Shown one piece after another: positions 24,619 to 34,347 of a stretch of 52,836 nucleotides of DNA (position 1 is the first letter of the stretch; each line of letters starts with the position of its first letter). Position numbers and translations under genes: made by a program. The DNA is from a virus (taxonomy: Duplodnaviria; Caudoviricetes): positions 1 to 52,836 of IMG/VR virus record IMGVR_UViG_3300009602_000016; one strand, written 5' to 3'. The notes below the pieces were generated by a model, which did no database searches, was not told the DNA's origin, and saw only the letters and a list, made by a program, of their open reading frames with translations.

Positions 24619-25032
24619 TTAAACGGTCACTTGAGATTGGCGGGGCATGGATGTCACCCAACGGCCATCTTCATCCTGGGTGAGCATTTCCCAACGACCA
24701 AGGCGGGGAAGGTCAGCATATTCACGACTGATCTTGGCCTTGGCCCTGGCCACCTGCAACTCCTCAAATGCTGCAATCTGTTTCTTGGTGGCATACTTGT
24801 AAACTTTGCGAATGGTGAAACCCAATTCTTCGAACATGGTCTCGGCATCACTGAGGCGGGTGGGGAACTTCATGCGGGTTCCACGCCGAACTTCTTCAAT
24901 CATAAAGCTGAGGCTTTCACGGCCCTTGGGTGTGTTGCTCAAATGGGTGAGTACAAAATCGATGATGCGATTTTCTTGATCACTGGTGATCCGAATATCG
25001 CGGTTCCACAATCTAATAATTCTGCTGGTCAT
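24619..25032 (-). CDS. Hypothetical protein
   Basis: GGAGGG RBS before MTSRIIRL. Confidence 0.55.
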   Translation of the reverse strand: MTSRIIRLWNRDIRITSDQENRIIDFVLTHLSNTPKGRESLSFMIEEVRRGTRMKFPTRLSDAETMFEELGFTIRKVYKYATKKQIAAFEELQVARAKAKISREYADLPRLGRWEMLTQDEDGRWVTSMPRQSQVTV

Positions 25033-25033
25033 G

Positions 25034-25489
25034 TCATACCCTCCGATTTTCAATTTGCCATTTCGGCTTGGTGGCGAACTTGAGGCCCCCACGGGGACCA
25101 ATGGCGATGTGCCAATAATCCCTGCACAGGACTGCGGCCATGGTGTCCTCATCACCAATGCGGCCATGCTCGGCTGTCAGCCACACGACGCCATAATCTG
25201 TCATGCTGGTCTCAAATTTTTTCCATTCATACTTGTCGGCGAACTCGCCATTGTGCAAGGGCAACCGAACCTTCAGGCGGTCAATGGTGCGGACCTGGGC
25301 GGCGGTCATTCTACCAGGAACAAAACCTGTGCGGGTTTTGATGGGGACCAACCGACCGCAATTATTGCACTGCCAATGTGGGGCGAACTTACCGGCTTCA
25401 TCATACTCACTCACCCGAGTGTAGATCGCATATTTTTCATCGGGGGAGCAGGTGGGGCAGGTGTCGTGCTTTTTTTGTGGGGTAGGCAT
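25034..25489 (-). CDS. Hypothetical zinc-finger protein
   Basis: CPTC...CNNC; IGPRGG motif; first gene after an AT-rich promoter-like spacer. Confidence 0.6.
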   Translation of the reverse strand: MPTPQKKHDTCPTCSPDEKYAIYTRVSEYDEAGKFAPHWQCNNCGRLVPIKTRTGFVPGRMTAAQVRTIDRLKVRLPLHNGEFADKYEWKKFETSMTDYGVVWLTAEHGRIGDEDTMAAVLCRDYWHIAIGPRGGLKFATKPKWQIENRRV

Positions 25490-25537
25490 TTTCTCTTCTC
25501 CGAGTTCTGGGTTTCTGACGGCCGTTTCGGCCAACAA

Positions 25538-25605
25538 AAGAATAGTACACCCGCGGGAGCGGCCATAAAACCTCTTTTCAAGAAAAAAGTTTCTAATTAG
25601 ATCAA
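25538..25605 (-). promoter_or_regulatory. Probable early sigma70-type promoter with AT-rich UP region
   Basis: Minus strand AT tract then TTTATG-16 nt-TACTAT(TCT) in an intergenic gap ahead of a run of small genes. Confidence 0.4.
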
Positions 25606-25609
25606 TAGT

Positions 25610-27043
25610 TTACAGCAGATAATGACGATGAGTTTGAGGGAGCAAGATATGGAGCCGATTTCTTGCCCTTGTGGCACCCACATAGAACACTCGGTGCTCC
25701 CCGTCATCACCCCGGATCATGGCCTCGTGGGGCCGCTTCATCATGTCCGAACACAGCAAGACATCGTCGGCCTCCATGCCCTTCGCGGAGTGGATCGTGT
25801 CGATGATTATCTGGGGCGGATCTTGCAGCCGCCCACCCCGCCGGAGGATCGTCAGATAGTATTCGCGGCGCGACAACAGGATGCCCGTAAGAGCGTCGTG
25901 CCAGATCGGCGAACCTTTCCCGACATCAATTTCTGGGGACATGACCGCGGCCAATTCTGCGAGCTCGTTCTCATCGACATGACCCCCTGACCTCAGCTTC
26001 TCGTAAGACAGGATCGCTCGCACATGGGCAGGGTCGACGGATGGTCCTGAACGGGTCCGATAGGACAGCCCTTGTGTGGCTATTTCTTCAGCCAAATCTG
26101 GCAGCAGTCGCCGGTTGCGTGCGAGCACCAACCAGGACCCATCCGTCGCGAAGTCGACATGGCCGACGGCTCGGTGATGGTGGACCTCGCCCCCTTCAGA
26201 TCTGGGCGCCCACTCCTTGTCGTATCGTTGGCCGATCCGAGAGACAATCTCATTGGAGAAATCGAAAACAGCCCGCGGCAATCGGTGGCTCGCTGGCAGC
26301 ACCTCACGCTCATCGGCATCGAAAGTCAGGAACCGAGCGACGTCCGCACCGGACCATTGATAGATCGCCTGGTCATCGTCGCCGGCCACATACATTCGGA
26401 TGGCGTCCTTGGACGCATGATCGACGACGGCCCACTGCAGGGGTGTCAAGTCCTGGCCCTCGTCGACAATGAAGACGTCGACCGGCAACGGCTCGCACTC
26501 CTCCAGGAACAGCGACAGCATATCCGTGAAATCCACGAGCACCAAGTCATCCTTGTACGCCTGCATGACACCAGCGAACTGCTCAAGCCGGTGCCATGAC
26601 ACTTGGACATTCGCCGTCGACCACGCGTCCTTCAGATCCCGCATGCTGCCTCGAGCCATCTCCTCGACGAACAGCATCCGATCACCCTCGCCCATGTCGT
26701 CGGCGTCATCATCCACGGACACGGCACCAGTCAGCCGAATGCCGAGCAGTTCACCCACCGCCGACAGGTGCCGGCGATTGAACACTTCAGATCTGGACAG
26801 GCCCAGCTGGCGATAGCACATGGAATGGAGGGTGCGAAAGTAGGGGAGGTCGTCGCGGTCTTTAATCTTGAACTTCGTCATGGCCCGGGCGGCAGCTTCA
26901 GCCACAGCGGCCCGGGTGAAACTGACGAAGGCGATCCGGTCTGGTGGCACCCCACCCGCCAGGGCTTCTTCAACCACCTCCAGAAGCCGAGTGGTCTTGC
27001 CGGCGCCGGGTCCACCCAGGATGAGGTTGGTACTGAGGCTCAT
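25610..27043 (-). CDS. Superfamily 1 (UvrD-like) helicase
   Basis: GGPGAGKTT, SFTRAA, FRTLHS, VDEGQD, AGDDDQAIYQWSGA, TIHSAKGMEAD, YVGATRAR. Confidence 0.93.
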   Translation of the reverse strand: MSLSTNLILGGPGAGKTTRLLEVVEEALAGGVPPDRIAFVSFTRAAVAEAAARAMTKFKIKDRDDLPYFRTLHSMCYRQLGLSRSEVFNRRHLSAVGELLGIRLTGAVSVDDDADDMGEGDRMLFVEEMARGSMRDLKDAWSTANVQVSWHRLEQFAGVMQAYKDDLVLVDFTDMLSLFLEECEPLPVDVFIVDEGQDLTPLQWAVVDHASKDAIRMYVAGDDDQAIYQWSGADVARFLTFDADEREVLPASHRLPRAVFDFSNEIVSRIGQRYDKEWAPRSEGGEVHHHRAVGHVDFATDGSWLVLARNRRLLPDLAEEIATQGLSYRTRSGPSVDPAHVRAILSYEKLRSGGHVDENELAELAAVMSPEIDVGKGSPIWHDALTGILLSRREYYLTILRRGGRLQDPPQIIIDTIHSAKGMEADDVLLCSDMMKRPHEAMIRGDDGEHRVFYVGATRARNRLHILLPQTHRHYLL

Positions 27044-27858
27044 GCCGTCAGCTTGTCACCGATCCGCTGGATGACATCCCACTGCTTCTCAGACACGAAA
27101 ACTTTATCACCGTATTTCTCACGCTTCTCAACGAACTCGTCGACGAAGCCACATTCCCACTCCGTCAGCAACTCGGGGGAACTCACCGCGGCCGATAAAA
27201 TTTGATCCAGCTTCGGCAGGTCCACCTTGGCTGTCTCCCACTTCGGTCCTGCCTTGGGTTGCTGCTTTTCATGATAGGCCAGGGGGTGGCCGCCGGCCTC
27301 CAATGCCACCAGGACCAAATGGGTGGCCTTGGCATCAGCCAGCGCCCCGTGCGCGCCTTCGAAGCCGTCTTCATCCACTAGGGTGCGGTATGCCTCATCG
27401 AGGCTGGGCCATTTGAAACTACCCGGGAATTTTCCAGGCAGCTCGAGGACGTCCGTTGCTGATTGCATGGTGCAGATTTTGTCTTTGGCCCGGACGGCTC
27501 CCCCTGTCCCGCCGGCCCGGCGGAACATCGGCAAAATCATCTTGAGGTCGAAGCCCATGTTGTGAGCAATCAAGCGATCAGACTTCCGCACCAGGGCATC
27601 GAACTCCTTGAGCACGGGCTTGGGCTCACGGCCCTTGGCCCGAGCGATCATGGTGGAGATGCCATGGACATCTTGGGCGGCCTTCGGGATCTTGACCCCC
27701 GTGTTGTAGATGATGGCTTCATACTCCTCGAGGATTTCGGCACCATCAAATAGCACCGCCCCCAGTTGGCACACATGCGCCTGCTTCTTGTCATCCTCAG
27801 CCAGGGCATCATCCCAGAAACCCGTTGTCTCCGTGTCGAATGCGAGGTCCATAGTCAC
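27040..27858 (-). CDS. DEDDh 3'-5' exonuclease (DnaQ-like) with small C-terminal helical domain
   Basis: FDTETTG, AHNMGFD, GAHGALADA. Confidence 0.9.
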   Translation of the reverse strand: MTMDLAFDTETTGFWDDALAEDDKKQAHVCQLGAVLFDGAEILEEYEAIIYNTGVKIPKAAQDVHGISTMIARAKGREPKPVLKEFDALVRKSDRLIAHNMGFDLKMILPMFRRAGGTGGAVRAKDKICTMQSATDVLELPGKFPGSFKWPSLDEAYRTLVDEDGFEGAHGALADAKATHLVLVALEAGGHPLAYHEKQQPKAGPKWETAKVDLPKLDQILSAAVSSPELLTEWECGFVDEFVEKREKYGDKVFVSEKQWDVIQRIGDKLTA

Positions 27859-29366
27859 ATCTCCTCATTGTCAAATGGTCTCGGCACGTCGAAACCCTCG
27901 TCTTGCCGGTCGAAATCTGGTACGGACCAGCAGCGAACGCATTTGCCTTTCAGCTGGAATTGATGATGGGCCGCATCGCGACGTCGCAAGGCCGCCCATG
28001 CTGACTTACTGGTGATCCGAAAACGGTTCTGCTCCAGGAACCTCAGCAGATCGGTGGACCGGAAATAAACACGGCCCTTGTTCAGCCATGGCTTGCCAAC
28101 GATCAATTCATCCTGGCTCTTGGCCATACCGCGCTCAGTACAAAATTGCTCAACGAATTGCATGAACTGGCCCTCGATGCCAGCATCATCCGGTGCCTCG
28201 ACGACGTCCACCGTCTCCAGTAAATCCTGGATGGCCAGCCGCCACGTCGCATTCTTTATCTTGTTCGGTAATCGGTTGAGGGTTTCCATGCACAACACAT
28301 GGAAGCGGTCTTGAGAAATCAAGTCGAAGGTCGATTGGATTTCTACCCGCACCCCGTCGACATCAACGATCCATGTGGGTGGCTTCGTTTCGATCTTGGT
28401 CAGGTTGGCCAGCACCACCCCGGGATCATCCAAGGCCCCTGCGATCCCGTGCGGACGCGTCAGGCATATCTGCCTATTGCAGGCATCCACGATCGGGCTT
28501 TGGTCACACATGAAGCCATAATCTTTCTTGGCCAACGATCCAATGATCGTCTGCATCTCGCTGGAGGTCACGGGCGGCTCCATGTAAGCCCTATTCATCT
28601 CCTCCAGTTTCTGCTTCCACTCGTCCGGCCATTTCTTCTTCGCGAGAACGCCCAAGTTGAATAGGGCCTTGTTCCGTGACCCCTCAGGGAACCCACGAAG
28701 CGCGAGCACTTGAAGGCACGGGGGACCATCCGACAACACCTCGTCGGTGGCTGGTTTGATCTTTTTGATCTTGGTCGCGGTGGTCCGACGGGATTTGGCT
28801 AATGCCAAAAAGTCCTTTGGCCCCAAGGATTTACCCTTTGCGACCGCATATCGGTCCGTGTCACCCCCGGCGAAGTAGGGCATGTTGATCCAGTTGCCCA
28901 CATCGTCCTTGGACGCCAGCGTCGTTTGCTTGGGGAACACCTCCACACCAGCATGGCCAAGGACCACGGCCCACTCCATCAGCTTCCCGCGGACGATATT
29001 GGCCGGGGCAGGTGGGGAGCAGAATAAGTAAAGATGTGCTCCCCCTGACTTGGTGCGGCAGACGACCAGGGGAAGGCCCAGATCTAAAACCTGCTTCTCG
29101 AGCCGGTCCAGATCCAGGCCATCGTAGACGTCGATGTCGATGGCACCGAAATGGCACTCGCCATCGTCATCGATCGGCACGATGCCAAGGCCTTGCTCAC
29201 CGACGAGGTGCATCGACCAGAGTGCGTCAGTGACATCGCCCATGAGCGTGCGGGCTTTGCCACCAACCTTGTTCTTGGAGGCACTCCGACGACCTACACT
29301 ATAGACGCCGTAAGCTCGTTCGAGCCCACGGAATAGGTCGTGGAATGCCTCCGCCAGTGCGTGCAC
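27855..29366 (-). CDS. Archaeo-eukaryotic primase-family protein
   Basis: FGAIDID, RTKSGGAHLYLF, EVFPKQ, GNWINMPY, PPCL..EGSRN; no Walker A seen in the C-terminal part. Confidence 0.85.
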   Translation of the reverse strand: MHALAEAFHDLFRGLERAYGVYSVGRRSASKNKVGGKARTLMGDVTDALWSMHLVGEQGLGIVPIDDDGECHFGAIDIDVYDGLDLDRLEKQVLDLGLPLVVCRTKSGGAHLYLFCSPPAPANIVRGKLMEWAVVLGHAGVEVFPKQTTLASKDDVGNWINMPYFAGGDTDRYAVAKGKSLGPKDFLALAKSRRTTATKIKKIKPATDEVLSDGPPCLQVLALRGFPEGSRNKALFNLGVLAKKKWPDEWKQKLEEMNRAYMEPPVTSSEMQTIIGSLAKKDYGFMCDQSPIVDACNRQICLTRPHGIAGALDDPGVVLANLTKIETKPPTWIVDVDGVRVEIQSTFDLISQDRFHVLCMETLNRLPNKIKNATWRLAIQDLLETVDVVEAPDDAGIEGQFMQFVEQFCTERGMAKSQDELIVGKPWLNKGRVYFRSTDLLRFLEQNRFRITSKSAWAALRRRDAAHHQFQLKGKCVRCWSVPDFDRQDEGFDVPRPFDNEEM

Positions 29367-29377
29367 GATCCTTGCCT

Positions 29378-30193
29378 TCAGAAGGCTTCGTCATCGCTGC
29401 TTCCTTCATCGGGGGGAGGCGCCACATTGGCCACCCCGGACATGACCTGTTCGCGGAAACCCTTGGCGCCCTCGTACAGAGCGACGTCAGCATCCCGCTG
29501 CTTTTTGTCCGAACCCAGCTGCCGCTCGAGTTCGATCTTCACGCCTTTCCAAGTATAGTCATCTTTGGCTTCGCCGACGGTCGTCACGCGGTACATGTGA
29601 CTATACGTCGGTGGCGTAAACTTGGACCCATCCGCACGCTCGATCTTGAGGTGTTGCATCTGGGTCATCCAGTCCCGCGACTTTTTGATCTGGGTGGAGG
29701 CCAACGAGAAGACGACTGGTTGGGTGTTGCCGTCATCATCGATGAGAATGCAGAAGTGATAACGGGTGTCGGCCAGGTAGGCCTCGTCGTCCTTCAGCCA
29801 GAACTTGCCGCTCTCATCCCGCCGGCATTTGGCGATGATGGGATCGTTAGCCGGCCGACGGCCACGGAAGCCCCCACCGGCCTCGCGGGGTGTCCATTCC
29901 ACGAACACCCGTTCGAAATGTGCCGGCACAACGAGCACGCCTTCTTCGCCGCTGTAGACGTCCTTGGTCGCACTGTTATAAAGCATGCCGGCCCGCGCCC
30001 CCTTGATGTAGGACCCGTGATCCTCGTCAACCTGTGGGCTGCCCTTCTGCAGGATTTGCAGATACGGGATGGCATAAGAGTCGACGTCCGCGTTCTCGAA
30101 GCCCCCTCCAGCATCTTCTTCGAATGGTAGTGCCACTGCACCACCGGATTTCTGCTTAGCGGGAACCTGCGTCTTCTTTCCTTTTTTCGCCAT
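29378..30193 (-). CDS. Putative single-stranded DNA-binding/replication protein
   Basis: IPYLQILQKGSPQV, FVEWTPREAGGG, STQIKKSRDW, acidic C-terminus ending in F; position next to primase. Confidence 0.6.
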   Translation of the reverse strand: MAKKGKKTQVPAKQKSGGAVALPFEEDAGGGFENADVDSYAIPYLQILQKGSPQVDEDHGSYIKGARAGMLYNSATKDVYSGEEGVLVVPAHFERVFVEWTPREAGGGFRGRRPANDPIIAKCRRDESGKFWLKDDEAYLADTRYHFCILIDDDGNTQPVVFSLASTQIKKSRDWMTQMQHLKIERADGSKFTPPTYSHMYRVTTVGEAKDDYTWKGVKIELERQLGSDKKQRDADVALYEGAKGFREQVMSGVANVAPPPDEGSSDDEAF

Positions 30194-30234
30194 GTCGCAA
30201 TTCTCCTTAATAAGCCCATGGACCTGGGCTGGTT

Positions 30235-30816
30235 TCAGCTTTCGATTTTCGCTTGGTCGAATGTATAGATGCCGAAGATATTCTTGGGGATATCCCGACC
30301 GGCCTCCATCTGCTCACGGACGTAAGCAGATAGGGTGTTCCAGGGCACGCTTTCTTTTCGGGCATGCTCCACTTTTTCTTTCAGCAGCTGCTTGGCCAAG
30401 GCCGCCGCCTTCTTATCTTCCTTGGCACCAAACTTTGCGACCACCTCATTCTTGATGAGGGAGCCGGCCTTGTGTTTCCGCAGCCACGCCATGGCTGCGC
30501 CTTGGTGCTTCTTGGGAATGTTCGCCCGCACGAGGTGCTCAACCGTCACCTTCTCGCCGGTGCTCAGTTTGATTTGGTCCACCCCGGCTGCGGCCATGGC
30601 CGCCGGCAAGTCGACTTCTTTCACCTGCTTCAGCTCCGCCTGCAGATCGGCAACGAAGGCCTGACCATGAACCACCTTCTCGTCGAGTTCGATCTGCTTC
30701 TGAGCCAAGTCCGCAATGGTCTTGATTTTCTTGCCATCGACATTGCTTAGATTGTCGTCAGCATCCCCTTCGAAATCCATTTCGTCGGGGCCGAGCTTGT
30801 CACTACCTTTTGCCAC
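30235..30816 (-). CDS. Conserved phage replication-module protein
   Basis: LPAAM..GV..IKL..G, AMAWLRKH.AGSLIKNEV, VPWNTLSAYVRE pattern common in PolA-encoding phages. Confidence 0.6.
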   Translation of the reverse strand: MAKGSDKLGPDEMDFEGDADDNLSNVDGKKIKTIADLAQKQIELDEKVVHGQAFVADLQAELKQVKEVDLPAAMAAAGVDQIKLSTGEKVTVEHLVRANIPKKHQGAAMAWLRKHKAGSLIKNEVVAKFGAKEDKKAAALAKQLLKEKVEHARKESVPWNTLSAYVREQMEAGRDIPKNIFGIYTFDQAKIES

Positions 30817-30819
30817 AGT

Positions 30820-31191
30820 TTATGCTCCTTTCCTGACTTTCGTATCCCTCATGTCGAATTGGACCCGTATATAGTTGCGGGTCTCACGATCCCACTTCAA
30901 CATTGCCACTCGCCCACGGTTGGCATCCGCCGCCATAGCGGACGCAATACCGATAGCAATGGGATCACCCATAGCGAGAATGTGGTCGTCATCGCAGAAA
31001 TTCCTTAGCCGTTTTCTCATCTCAAAAACGACTGGCCCAGGAGACAAGATCGACGTTCGTGGATCAAGCAACACCTCGAGCTTGCCATAGGCCGCCGCCG
31101 GCGACAGATCATAAATGGGCTCCCACGAACCATTGGGCTGTCGGCGCATGGGCTCTTGCGTCACGAACACGGTGCCCTGGTCATTGCTCAT
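30820..31191 (-). CDS. Hypothetical protein
   Basis: VFVTQE, DLSPAAAYG, DDHILAMGDP, LKWDR; coupled to helicase. Confidence 0.65.
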   Translation of the reverse strand: MSNDQGTVFVTQEPMRRQPNGSWEPIYDLSPAAAYGKLEVLLDPRTSILSPGPVVFEMRKRLRNFCDDDHILAMGDPIAIGIASAMAADANRGRVAMLKWDRETRNYIRVQFDMRDTKVRKGA

Positions 31192-32681
31192 AGCCACTCC
31201 TCTGGGTCATCCCCCGTCAATAGGTCGGCCATGCTTTTCTTATCCCGCAAAGCCGTCACAATTTTCTCGTCGACAGTATTCTCAGCAATCAGGTCGATGT
31301 AGACCACCGTATTCTTCTGGCCGAGCCGGTGCGCCCGATCCTCGCTCTGCAGCCGGGCCTCCAGCGAAAAGTCATTCGAGAAGTAAACGACCGTGTCGGC
31401 CACTTGCAGGTTCAGCCCCCGTCCACCAGCATGGGGATTGCCCACGAACACCCTGGCCTTACCTTCACGGAACGCCTTGAGGGCCGCTGGCCGCTTATTT
31501 TGGGGTACAGCCCCATCGTATCTCACGGCGGCCACGTCAGCCTGGCTGAAGGCCTCACAAAGAGCATCCACGTCATGTCGGAACCTGCACCAGACGATAG
31601 TTTTGCCTGGAGAGTCCAGGATGGCCTCCATGGCCATTTCAATCCGTGGCTGCTTGTCGCCGACGTCTTCCCACCCAGCATCCGGATCGTCGAAGTCGGC
31701 TGGTAAGAAACCGCATGTAATCTGCTGAAGCCGGGTGATCCTAGTCAGCACCATGGGGATACCGACTGAGCCCCCGGACAGCTCAATTAAGAACTCATCC
31801 CGCAGCCGATTGTAGATTTTGCGCTGATCGGAGGGCAGGGGGTAATACCTTTTCTTGTAGATTTTTGGTGGCAGATCTACGGCACAATCCTTCTTCGTCA
31901 GGCGGACGGAATGATCGGCGATCATGTCCCGCAACTCGCTCAGATTTCTGTACTCCGTCAGGCTGTCGTACTGATGCCCGGTGGACCCACCAGCGAACTT
32001 CCGCTCGAAAGAACCGAAGTGGTGTTTGAACACATAAAAAGAGTCGAAGCCCAGGATCGACGGACTGAGGAAACGGAACTGCGAGTAGTAGTCAAATGGT
32101 CCTTGGGGTGTTGGGGTGCCGCTCATGATCCGGCGGTAGTCCGCGTATTTCCTGGCGGCGGACAGCAGCTTCGTTCGTGACGCGCCAGGGTTCTTGATCG
32201 TTGTGCTCTCATCGATGACCATGAGCGTGCGGCGGGCTAGCAAGAATTTCTTAAGGTATGCCTTGCCGGCCTTTGTGATGACGGCTTCGACATTGATTAG
32301 GAAGACCGCCAGCCCCTCATGCCCGATCAGGTCATTCAGCTCCTTGGTGTAGGCCTTCCCACCAACCCGGCCGGAGCGCCATATCAAGGAGCACGCGCGT
32401 ACACGGTCGGGTAAGTGCTCAGGGATCTGATCCGTTGCCCATTCCCGGTGGATCCCGTTCGGCGCCGTCACCACCAGGGCATTTATCTCCCCCGTGTCAT
32501 ACAGCCACGCCGCGGTGTCCAATGCGATCTTGGTCTTGCCGAGACCCTGCTCCAGGAAGATGGCATACCATTCCCGATCACGCGACTGCTCAAACACGAC
32601 TTGCTGGTAAGGTCGCGGGGTGGACTTAAATTTATAGTCAGCTGTGCTGACCACTCGCCGTCGTTTGGTCCGCTTAGCCAA
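31188..32681 (-). CDS. SNF2-family (superfamily 2) helicase
   Basis: PRPYQ, EQGLGKT, VIDES, MSGTP, GGRGLNL, QSEDRAHRLGQ; probable TTG start at 32681 after GGGAG. Confidence 0.93.
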   Translation of the reverse strand: MAKRTKRRRVVSTADYKFKSTPRPYQQVVFEQSRDREWYAIFLEQGLGKTKIALDTAAWLYDTGEINALVVTAPNGIHREWATDQIPEHLPDRVRACSLIWRSGRVGGKAYTKELNDLIGHEGLAVFLINVEAVITKAGKAYLKKFLLARRTLMVIDESTTIKNPGASRTKLLSAARKYADYRRIMSGTPTPQGPFDYYSQFRFLSPSILGFDSFYVFKHHFGSFERKFAGGSTGHQYDSLTEYRNLSELRDMIADHSVRLTKKDCAVDLPPKIYKKRYYPLPSDQRKIYNRLRDEFLIELSGGSVGIPMVLTRITRLQQITCGFLPADFDDPDAGWEDVGDKQPRIEMAMEAILDSPGKTIVWCRFRHDVDALCEAFSQADVAAVRYDGAVPQNKRPAALKAFREGKARVFVGNPHAGGRGLNLQVADTVVYFSNDFSLEARLQSEDRAHRLGQKNTVVYIDLIAENTVDEKIVTALRDKKSMADLLTGDDPEEWL

Positions 32682-32769
32682 GTCAATTCTCCCATTCGTA
32701 TGGACCATGAACCATACCAGGGAAATAAGGAACACCCCCCGGGGGCGACAAAAAGCGGAAGTATCCGAT

Positions 32770-32846
32770 TATCAGTACACGCCCGCTAGGTGATACGCCT
32801 AACCCCCTGATCTAGAATGATATTATCAGCATATCAGTATTATCAG
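32770..32846. repeat. Second TATCAG repeat cluster
   Basis: TATCAG at 32770, 32824, 32832, 32841, preceded by AACCCCCTGAT at ~32801; same architecture as 5266-5372. Confidence 0.7.
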
Positions 32847-32973
32847 CTTTTTTCGACCTTTCGCCACCGTCACTAAATCCTCCCGCGCGGGGATGCGGAT
32901 ATGGTGATATGCATAGACGGACCGTGACGCGCCTCGTGGTCCCATGGCACCCCCGGCCACGGTCATGGTCCGT

Positions 32974-33600
32974 CTAGCCCCCATCTTTGGGCCTCAGGAT
33001 GCACACTTGATCGATGGGCTCCCACATGGCAATATTGGCCGGCGAGACAAATCCCCGACCATCCCACAGATCTGAAAGGTCCAGACCGTACTCAGCATCG
33101 AGCTCAGTCGATGCTTCCGAGCAGATGAAGGTATCATCCCGCACGAGGTCAGGTTCAACGCCCATGACCGCAGCAGCGATCCGCCACGCAATGCGGCCAA
33201 TCTCTGCGCCATCATAAGGCCGGCCTTGGTGCTTGCCGATGAAGCGGCCCGCCCGTTCCATGCGATCTGGATAAGCGTCAGACAGATCGTAATCCGGGTG
33301 TCGGCCAACGAGCAACCCACCAGGGTAAGGTTCGCCGGTGCCGCTGTAGTCCCTCATGTATGAACTAAGGGGAACAAGTCGTACCCCGATGCTTTCAACG
33401 CTCTCGAAGACCATGAGATTGTCGAACTTCGGAACCCAAATGAGCCTCGCCACATGGGACCATACCGCGCCGGTTCCCAATTGGATCAACTTAGAAAATG
33501 CGGCGTTCCCTGAACAAAGCAGATAATCCATGTCCCGAAGGTCCGAGCGAACAGCGCCGTACTTGACGACGCCGCCCTCCGGAAAATCTGGCCCGATCAC
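32974..33600 (-). CDS. Permuted papain-like (YiiX/YebB-type NlpC/P60) enzyme
   Basis: His before Cys: WSHVA, FESVESIGVRLVPLS, GRPYD, FICSE; probable GTGA-overlap start at 33600. Confidence 0.75.
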   Translation of the reverse strand: MIGPDFPEGGVVKYGAVRSDLRDMDYLLCSGNAAFSKLIQLGTGAVWSHVARLIWVPKFDNLMVFESVESIGVRLVPLSSYMRDYSGTGEPYPGGLLVGRHPDYDLSDAYPDRMERAGRFIGKHQGRPYDGAEIGRIAWRIAAAVMGVEPDLVRDDTFICSEASTELDAEYGLDLSDLWDGRGFVSPANIAMWEPIDQVCILRPKDGG

Positions 33601-33827
33601 TTCGATCGCTCTTTGCTGATCATGCCCCAGGCCAACAGGCCTGCGGATGCCCAAAGAACCCACGGGCTTGTGCCGGCCGCGGAACCGAGGACACCCTGCA
33701 GGGTTTCCCACCCGCCTTTTTCAGCGAGCTGGTTGAGTATGAGAAGGCCGACACCGCCACCGACTTTGGTGGATGGTTCGCTGCCTCGTTCCGCTAGCCA
33801 TTTCTTCAGTGCCATAAAGATTTCCAC
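33597..33827 (-). CDS. Putative holin
   Basis: Small, two hydrophobic segments, ERGSEPST motif, charged C-terminus, adjacent to endolysin. Confidence 0.55.
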   Translation of the reverse strand: MEIFMALKKWLAERGSEPSTKVGGGVGLLILNQLAEKGGWETLQGVLGSAAGTSPWVLWASAGLLAWGMISKERSK

Positions 33828-33840
33828 GATGTCATCTCCT

Positions 33841-34347
33841 CTATAGTTGAAGTGGTTTGACGAACTTGCCGTAGTTAAGAACCCACTGTTCGATCGTTCC
33901 TTTTCCTAGGTGCGTGTTCCAATGCTCCTTCCAGTAAGCGGCAAGGGCTTCGACGTCATCAGCCGAAGGTAAATTCTGGGGAATGCGACGATACTGGCAC
34001 CGTGCAACAGCCGTTGCGTACCAGAAATTTCCAGCCATTTGCTCGACGGGATCTGTGGGCGACCTTGATCGATACGCCAGGACCTTGACCTCGGGCACCT
34101 GGTTATAGCGTAACCAGTTGTCGAACAGATCATCATGGGTTGCCCGTTCCATCTGATACAGGCCGAACCCTGGCCCCAGGGTCACATCCCCTGGCCCAGT
34201 GATCTGATCAATGAATGCCCCCAGACTCTCCTGGGCGATGGTCCCGAGCATCAGGTGCAAAGCTGCTGGGGAGTTCATCCCCAGCTCAGACATGACTGGC
34301 TTAACGACGAAGCGAGCCAACTGTCCCAGATCTAAACCGGGCAACAT
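33841..34347 (-). CDS. Putative endolysin (lysozyme-like/transglycosylase fold)
   Basis: LMLGTIAQES (catalytic Glu), GLYQMERATHDDL, YWKEHWNT; position after tail genes. Confidence 0.7.
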   Translation of the reverse strand: MLPGLDLGQLARFVVKPVMSELGMNSPAALHLMLGTIAQESLGAFIDQITGPGDVTLGPGFGLYQMERATHDDLFDNWLRYNQVPEVKVLAYRSRSPTDPVEQMAGNFWYATAVARCQYRRIPQNLPSADDVEALAAYWKEHWNTHLGKGTIEQWVLNYGKFVKPLQL

